Source of the DNA: Macrostomum lignano
Taxonomy: Eukaryota
Direction of reading: 5' to 3'
Assembly (NCBI GenBank): GCA_002269645.1
Contig: NIVC01004331.1
Coordinates: 1-15,342, forward strand
DNA: 15,342 nt
A program made the translations under genes and the position numbers. Shown here one piece after another: positions 8,050 through 15,342 of this stretch (position 1 is its first letter; each line of letters begins with the position of its first letter). Under the pieces are notes generated by a model that did not search any database, had not been told where the DNA came from, and saw nothing but the letters and a program-made list of their open reading frames with translations.

Positions 8050-9542
8050 CCTGTCTAAATAAACATGTTAGTAAATATTTCAGAATGATAAAGAAACTAA
8101 TTAGCTAAACACAGAAAACATGCTACTCTTTACCAAGTTAACTCAACTCTTTTCTGGTGGCAAATTTAGTTAAACTACGAACACTAGCACTGCTACTGGA
8201 TTGTGGATTAATATGCTGCAGCATAATATACTGGCATATAGGCGGTGTGTGCCATGTAGTTTTTGTGCTTTCAACATTTTTTCTTGGATTTAGTGCATAT
8301 TTTCTAGAGTTTTTTCAGGCATATTCCATGTTTTTGTACATGCTTCTAGGAATTCTATATCAGCAAAAAAACATCCCTTGGTAAAAATTCACCATAAACT
8401 AAGTGTCTAGCACTTTCAAGCATTGCTTGATATAAGGAGCATTGGCATGTATATATTGTCTAGCAAAAATGCTAAATTTATAATAAATTGAGCAGAATTT
8501 ATAAAAAGTGTCCACAAACTTCTACCATTAAGCAGAGTACTACAGATATTTGTACTATGCTAAACATATGAAGAAATAAAAAGAATACTTACTTCAAAAC
8601 TAAAGTCTTAAGTCAAAATTATGCAAACAAAAGGAAAATTCAAGTTAAATTTGACTGATAACTACAAAATAAAATGTGAAAGGATGAGTACTTTTAAAAG
8701 ATATATGTAAATATGACTATAATTTATAAAAATATGGAGCAAAAAGCAAAGCAGAGAAAAAAAACGTAAATATTTGGCAGAATACAATTAATTAGCTATA
8801 AAATAATATTAAAGTACTATACTTCAGTTATATTTCAAATAAAATTTGAAGCTTACACTTACAGTGTAAAACTGATAACAATTGAATATATTACAATTAA
8901 AACTTGTACTTGTAGAATATAATATATTGTACAATAATTATATATAATGTAGTAGGATACGAATAAATAGCGTAACAAAACCGAATATTATAGCTACAGA
9001 TTGAAGCTTGAAAATATTTCAGATTTAGATAGCGTTTGCTTAGATAAGTTGCTTTGAAAATTTGGGGTCAAATTTGTCCTACAGCAATAAACTACTGTTA
9101 ACATAACCGATTTAAATTTAAATTTTTGTAGAAATTATAAGGAACAGAACGACTGAAATGTACAGTTTAATTATTTCAAAATTAAATAATTTCGAATTCT
9201 ATTTTACCTTATTGCTTTCTTCAATTAAATTTTGTTATACAATTTATAAAATGCCTATTTTCAAAATATACCTCAAAAAGTAAGTTCAACAGCTTTAAAA
9301 ATGCGCACGTTTTTACACTTCACGGCTCCAAAAAGTCACCATAGAAGATTTTTGCAGGACGCAAGACTTTTTACGTTACAAAATAGCACTTTTATGTGCA
9401 TTTTTTATTCAGTTTCAAAAGGCTTTTTAGTTACCTATTTGGTATTTTTTGTTTTAAAGATTTTTGCGAAATCAGGTCATTTTAACTTGTTACGAAACTG
9501 TGGACCCACACTTTTACGCAACGCAATGCGCATGATGTCATC

Positions 9543-10597
9543 TTAAAGCACTTGCTAAATGCTATTTATTGACACTACACTGAAGGCCTGGCGTAGGATA
9601 GTTAATAAATGGCAGCGTGAAATATAGCAAAAAAACGCATAGTACCGGAACCTCGTAATTCGGTAAAATGTTAATAGCGTCAAAATACGAATTTTCGCAC
9701 ACTAACGAAGATGGCAGTCATCTGTACGTGTTTACTGGGCACAATAGTGCTCTTGGAAGCTAAGAACCTCATAGCGAAAATTAATATATTTTCCGCCCTA
9801 TGTAGTGCTCAAATGGGTTGTTTTTGCACAAAATCACGTTTTTCGATTTTGAGAGTCAATTAAAAATTTTTTTTGCAACTGACAGACGTGAATGTCACTT
9901 TTTCTGAGAGTATTCATCTAGATGTTTCTAATAAGTACTAATATGGGTCATTCTTATGCTTCACCTATCCTTAGTATAGGTACAAAGTCATTATTTCATT
10001 TCCAGCAAGTCACGTGACCTGGCCTGAGGTGTACAACGCATCGTGCAATGCCAGCGAACATACACTCAAATTAAAGCACTTTTTAAATGCTAACTATTGA
10101 CACCACACTGAAGGCCTGGCGTAGCATCGTTAATAAATGGCAGCGTGAAATATAGCAAAAAAACGCATAACACCGGAACCTCGTAATTCGGTAAATGTTA
10201 TTAGCGTAAAAATACGAATTTTCGCACACTAACGAAGATAGCAGTCATCTGTACGTGTTTACTGGGCACAATAGTGCTCTTGGAAGCTAAGAACCTCATA
10301 GCGAAAATCAATAAATTTTTCACCCTATGTGTGCTCATATAGGTTGTTTTTGCACAAAATCACGTTTTTCGATTTTAAAAGTCAATTATAACAAAATTTT
10401 GCAACTGACAGACGTGAATATCATTTTTTCTGACAGTAGTCATCTAGGTGTTTCTAATAAGTACAAATTTTGGTTCATTCTTACGCTTCACCTATCCTTA
10501 GTATAGGTACAAAGTCATTATTTCATTTCCAGCAAGTCACGTGACCTGACCTGAGGTGTACAACGCATCGTGCAATGACAGCGAACATACATTCAAA
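9543..10597. repeat. Two diverged ~528-bp subunits (A 9543-10070, B 10071-10597) plus a degenerate third start at about 10598-10632
   Basis: Shared anchors: tgaaggcctggcgtag at 9581 and 10109, gtcacgtgac at 10009 and 10536. Many A/B substitutions, roughly 90% identity by eye. Confidence 0.93.
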
Positions 10598-11155
10598 TTA
10601 AAGTACATCTAAAATGTAGTTCAATGACACCAAGCGCGTCGCGCTCCGGTAATCCGCTCAAAAGTTACAGGCTAAAAAGTATGTTCGATATGCAAGCCCC
10701 CGTACCGTCGTTAAAGTACATTTCTGTACCGGCAGCGACTTCAATAAACTAAGACGAAATTTCAAAATATACATATTGTGCGCAATTTAGTTGTGCACCT
10801 TGCCTAAAAAGTCTGATTTTCCTAGCATGTCGTCGTTTCTTATTTTTTGTACATTTGTATCATGAAAAATACATAAAAATAGCCTAAATCACGTTTATCG
10901 ACTTTAGCAGTGTATGGCTCAGAGTCAGTGCAACGAAACGGCTCAAAATGTATTATAAACATGTAGATCTTACCTAAATGACCGCATTCATGTACTTTTT
11001 AGAGTCTCGCAACAAGGTTGAATTTCCTTTATTTCGGTTCGAATACCTACCCGTCGAATATTCGAATGTAATTAACAGGTGCGAATGTACAGTTAAAGTG
11101 AGTATCTTGGTTAAAGTCGTGCGTCATGTAAGAGTCCCAGGTGCCATTGTTAGAA

Positions 11156-11203
11156 TGACGCAGCTCAAAGGTCGCGCTGACGCGCGACCTTTGAGCTGCG
11201 TCA
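11156..11203. other. Perfect inverted repeat, 22-bp stem with 4-nt loop
   Basis: tgacgcagctcaaaggtcgcgc-tgac-gcgcgacctttgagctgcgtca. Confidence 0.95.
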
Positions 11204-11421
11204 GTTGAAAGTTGATAAAAATGCGCATTTTTTGACACTTAAAAACACACTTTTACAGAATTACCTATCAAGGTAAGCATTTAGCGGAAAATAACCAATC
11301 AGTGTCTTGAAGGTCTGAAAATTCGCCAAAAGTTGGGTTCAATCAATTTTTGACTCCATATTGTGAATCCTTATTTTTTGAGATTCAAGATTTGGACGGG
11401 TCTAAAAAAAGTCACTTTTTT

Positions 11422-11435
11422 GTTGCCATGGCAAC
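11422..11435. promoter_or_regulatory. Perfect palindromic RFX X-box consensus GTTGCCATGGCAAC (duplicate at 13811-13824)
   Basis: Exact match to the 14-bp palindromic X-box; function not shown. Confidence 0.45.
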
Positions 11436-11929
11436 CAAGACGCGTTGCTATGGAACTTTCACGTCACACATCTTGTAGCCCTAAATGTTTTACGTCCATA
11501 GAGGGGTCACACATGGTTTCATCTCAAGTGGTTTTAACTCTGCATCAATTTTATTTTCTAAAACGTTGATTTTACGTTGGGGGAGTCTCCGGGACATCTT
11601 ATCTCGGTCTCGTTTGTCCCTTAACACTTAAATTTTCAAAATATTTTCAAAAATATACCTCAAAAAGTAAGTTCAACAGCTTTAAAAATGCGCACGTTTT
11701 TACACTTCACGGCTCCAAAAAGTCACCATAGAAGATTTTTGCAGGACGCAAGACTTTTTACGTTACAAAATAGCACTTTTATGTGCATTTTTTATTCAGT
11801 TTCAAAAGGCTTTTTAGTTACCTATTTGGTATTTTTTGTTTTAAAGATTTTTGCGAAATCAGGTCATTTTAACTTGTTACGAAACTGTGGACCCACACTT
11901 TTACGCAACGCAATGCGCATGATGTCATC

Positions 11930-12984
11930 TTAAAGCACTTGCTAAATGCTATTTATTGACACTACACTGAAGGCCTGGCGTAGGATAGTTAATAAATGGC
12001 AGCGTGAAATATAGCAAAAAAACGCATAGTACCGGAACCTCGTAATTCGGTAAAATGTTAATAGCGTCAAAATACGAATTTTCGCACACTAACGAAGATG
12101 GCAGTCATCTGTACGTGTTTACTGGGCACAATAGTGCTCTTGGAAGCTAAGAACCTCATAGCGAAAATTAATATATTTTCCGCCCTATGTAGTGCTCAAA
12201 TGGGTTGTTTTTGCACAAAATCACGTTTTTCGATTTTGAGAGTCAATTAAAAATTTTTTTTGCAACTGACAGACGTGAATGTCACTTTTTCTGAGAGTAT
12301 TCATCTAGATGTTTCTAATAAGTACTAATATGGGTCATTCTTATGCTTCACCTATCCTTAGTATAGGTACAAAGTCATTATTTCATTTCCAGCAAGTCAC
12401 GTGACCTGGCCTGAGGTGTACAACGCATCGTGCAATGCCAGCGAACATACACTCAAATTAAAGCACTTTTTAAATGCTAACTATTGACACCACACTGAAG
12501 GCCTGGCGTAGCATCGTTAATAAATGGCAGCGTGAAATATAGCAAAAAAACGCATAACACCGGAACCTCGTAATTCGGTAAATGTTATTAGCGTAAAAAT
12601 ACGAATTTTCGCACACTAACGAAGATAGCAGTCATCTGTACGTGTTTACTGGGCACAATAGTGCTCTTGGAAGCTAAGAACCTCATAGCGAAAATCAATA
12701 AATTTTTCACCCTATGTGTGCTCATATAGGTTGTTTTTGCACAAAATCACGTTTTTCGATTTTAAAAGTCAATTATAACAAAATTTTGCAACTGACAGAC
12801 GTGAATATCATTTTTTCTGACAGTAGTCATCTAGGTGTTTCTAATAAGTACAAATTTTGGTTCATTCTTACGCTTCACCTATCCTTAGTATAGGTACAAA
12901 GTCATTATTTCATTTCCAGCAAGTCACGTGACCTGACCTGAGGTGTACAACGCATCGTGCAATGACAGCGAACATACATTCAAA
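11930..12984. repeat. Second A/B pair of ~528-bp subunits (A' 11930-12457, B' 12458-12984)
   Basis: Copies of 9543-10597 at offset 2387. Confidence 0.93.
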
Positions 12985-13543
12985 TTAAAGTACATCTAAA
13001 ATGTAGTTCAATGACACCAAGCGCGTCGCGCTCCGGTAATCCGCTCAAAAGTTACAGGCTAAAAAGTATGTTCGATATGCAAGCCCCCCGTACCGTCGTT
13101 AAAGTACATTTCTGTACCGGCAGCGACTTCAATAAACTAAGACGAAATTTCAAAATATACATATTGTGCGCAATTTAGTTGTGCACCTTGCCTAAAAAGT
13201 CTGATTTTCCTAGCATGTCGTCGTTTCTTATTTTTTGTACATTTGTATCATGAAAAATACATAAAAATAGCCTAAATCACGTTTATCGACTTTAGCAGTG
13301 TATGGCTCAGAGTCAGTGCAACGAAACGGCTCAAAATGTATTATAAACATGTAGATCTTACCTAAATGACCGCATTCATGTACTTTTTAGAGTCTCGCAA
13401 CAAGGTTGAATTTCCTTTATTTCGGTTCGAATACCTACCCGTCGAATATTCGAATGTAATTAACAGGTGCGAATGTACAGTTAAAGTGAGTATCTTGGTT
13501 AAAGTCGTGCGTCATGTAAGAGTCCCAGGTGCCATTGTTAGAA

Positions 13544-13591
13544 TGACGCAGCTCAAAGGTCGCGCTGACGCGCGACCTTTGAGCTGCGTCA
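13544..13591. other. Duplicate of the 22-bp perfect inverted repeat
   Basis: Identical to 11156-11203 at offset 2388. Confidence 0.95.
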
Positions 13592-14004
13592 GTTGAAAGT
13601 TGATAAAAATGCGCATTTTTTGACACTTAAAAAACACACTTTTACAGAATTACCTATCAAGGTAAGCATTTAGCGGAAAATAACCAATCAGTGTCTTGAA
13701 GGTCTGAAAATTCGCCAAAAGTTGGGTTCAATCAATTTTTGACTCCATATTGTGAATCCTTATTTTTTGAGATTCAAGATTTGGACGGGTCTAAAAAAAG
13801 TCACTTTTTTGTTGCCATGGCAACCAAGACGCGTTGCTATGGAACTTTCACGTCACACATCTTGTAGCCCTAAATGTTTTACGTCCATAGAGGGGTCACA
13901 CATGGTTTCATCTCAAGTGGTTTTAACTCTGCATCAATTTTATTTTCTAAAACGTTGATTTTACGTTGGGGGAGTCTCCGGGACATCTTATCTCGGTCTC
14001 GTTT

Positions 14005-14097
14005 GTCCGAAAAAATTGCCAACGAGGAGCTACGCTCGCTTCGCTCGCTTCGCTCCTCGTTGGCAATTTTTCCGGACTGCACTTCGACCTAACTAGT
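14005..14097. other. 26-bp stem (25/26 paired) with 21-nt loop containing CGCTCGCTT repeats, followed 15 nt later by CTAG|T; candidate rolling-circle transposon terminus
   Basis: Arms 14005-14030 and 14052-14077; CTAG at 14093-14096, T at 14097. The hairpin itself is certain; the terminus role is inferred. Confidence 0.6.
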
Positions 14098-14610
14098 TCG
14101 CGCAAATGGGCTGCCTTCTTTACAAGAATGCCGAAGCCACGGAGCGCAAGTGCGCAACGCTAGGGCCATCGAGACCGAGAGCCTGCAATCCAGCCAGGAA
14201 AAAACAAGCGAAGCTCTTAAGTCCGTAGCCATTGCCTTTGACCGCACCGAGTCGTCAATCGCGCTATTAAGAAAGCCTGCTATACTGCAGCCATACTGAT
14301 CTATAAATTTGTTAAGTTTTCGAGATGCCACAAGTAAGATACTCGTACTTTAAAGAAAATATGTCCAATTTTTAATTCCAAACTTATTCTTGAATTTTGC
14401 GTCAAAAATCCAGGAGCGGTACCGACTCGCCGGTCATTCGGTACATTCGGTTTATTTTAGCTATAAAAGAAATATACAAGAAACTAAAAAAACAGCGTAC
14501 GTACAACAGTTGTTATTCAAAGCATACTCTACTAAATTACATCAATAGTCCAAAGTTTTAAGTATCGATTCAAACCTCAGCTTTTCTTCACTTAATTGTC
14601 CATCGTCAAA

Positions 14611-14912
14611 TCAAAGTATTCCACCGACTTTATCTGAGCACTTCCTCCCTCGTGGATATTCAAAGCGATAGCCGTTACTCCCGATCTGAACTATCTCCAC
14701 ACGAACATGTCCTTGTTTAAGGCATCCGATCGTGCATTCGTAGCCTGGTGGGGGTGTTAAATACCCCGTTTCTTCTTGCTGCAAGAAGTAGAAAGGCAGG
14801 ACGTTACTGCAAGATCTTTTAAAGATTTTTTGTTAAACACAAAGTCAAATATCTGCTTACCTTCTTTGACATATCGCTCTGCTAACGCTTTTCTTTCTTT
14901 CGACTTGTCCAT
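14611..14912 (-). CDS. Possible small spliced gene or gene fragment (exons 14912-14861 and 14778-14611), product unknown
   Basis: gcaATGg start, AAG|GTAAGC donor at 14860, CTTCTTGCAG| acceptor at 14779, 82-nt intron, 55-codon open second exon. The phases do not match at the best acceptor. Confidence 0.3.
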
Positions 14913-15342
14913 TGCTACTATTGTTATTCAAAAAAATATTTTTCAAGAACGCGGCAAAGTTGGAATTGTTGGACTCCATCTCTTCTCCTTTTATATACAA
15001 ATTGTTTACACAGTGCCAGGGAATCCTCTTTGGTTGCTTCGCTTCCCAGGAAGCGACACTCACTCTGGCCACCCCCTCCGCTGTACAAGGTTAAGTCTCG
15101 TTTTTCGAGCTGTGTGGGAAGAAGGGTCCAGTCCACAGACCACTAAGTATAACTAGACTGCGCATGTGGGGCAAGAAATGTGCTGCCTCTTTCCAAGTAG
15201 GAAAAATGGCACCCCAGCTCCCACCCCCTCACGATCGATATTTTTGGCGTCCCTCTTTTGCCATGGAACACGGATTGCTAACCATTTAACCAACTTTATG
15301 TGCAACTAGCAATTTAACAGTTTAAATTCAGTATTACTCGTA

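Larger units (their letters stand above)
9256..11619. repeat. Copy 1 (2364 bp) of a near-identical direct tandem duplication
   Basis: Matches 11642-14008. The offset rises from 2386 to 2389 through three 1-nt homopolymer differences. The short ORFs are identical in both copies. Confidence 0.96.
11642..14008. repeat. Copy 2 (2367 bp) of the tandem duplication, separated from copy 1 by a 22-bp spacer
   Basis: As above; spacer cttaacacttaaattttcaaaa at 11620-11641. Confidence 0.96.

Noticed and set aside
8157-8384. Hydrophobic 75-aa plus-strand ORF, and a minus-strand open stretch at about 8120-8315 as a possible extra coding exon
   Set aside because: AT-rich bias explains the hydrophobicity; the minus stretch is bounded by stops and has only a weak GTTAAC donor.
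9301-13958. Duplicated short ORFs (81, 76, 63, 68 aa)
   Set aside because: Identical only because the DNA is duplicated; no domain motifs, F/L/K-rich composition typical of non-coding AT-rich DNA.
14100-14131. GCGCAAATGGGCTGCC...CAAGAATGC resembling the nested Helitron 3' end (7830-7853)
   Set aside because: 14/16 plus 9 nt with a gap; the changes destroy the hairpin, no CTAG follows, and I cannot distinguish it from chance without a genome search.
14419-14444. 7-bp stem GTACCGA/TCGGTAC
   Set aside because: Short, single copy, no associated terminus signal.
15039-15056. Palindrome TCGCTTCC-CA-GGAAGCGA containing a STAT-like TTC-N4-GAA
   Set aside because: Isolated short motif with no supporting context.
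8600-15342. tRNA, rRNA, LTR or TIR-transposon structures
   Set aside because: No cloverleaf, A/B boxes, LTR pair with PBS/PPT, or terminal inverted repeats with target-site duplications were found by eye.

Overview
This is a eukaryotic, repeat-dominated window with no prokaryotic or CRISPR features. The left half holds a large rolling-circle transposon gene on the minus strand. Its Rep motifs are of the Helentron/Helitron2 (HLE2) type, and there is no C-terminal endonuclease. The ORF track shows only pieces of it. I reconstruct a spliced gene: exons 8049-7971, 7192-6821 and 6635-609, two phase-1 GT-AG introns, and two single-base (-1) frame breaks at about 2104-2113 and 989-992. Repaired, it gives one ORF of about 2159 aa: AT-hook, OTU protease, basic linker with RRSxRL and SPRK motifs, C4 Zn finger, HUH Rep, PIF1 helicase. 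A 15-bp minisatellite begins right after the stop codon (1-598). A complete 629-bp non-autonomous canonical Helitron (A|TC ... hairpin-CTAG|T) is nested antisense in intron 1. Upstream lies a near-identical 2.36-kb tandem duplication (9256-14008). Each copy carries two ~528-bp subunits and a perfect 22-bp hairpin, and the array ends at the base of a 26-bp hairpin followed by CTAG|T. The last 1.2 kb has weak signs of a small spliced gene. All calls come from reading the sequence and motif recognition; no database search was run.
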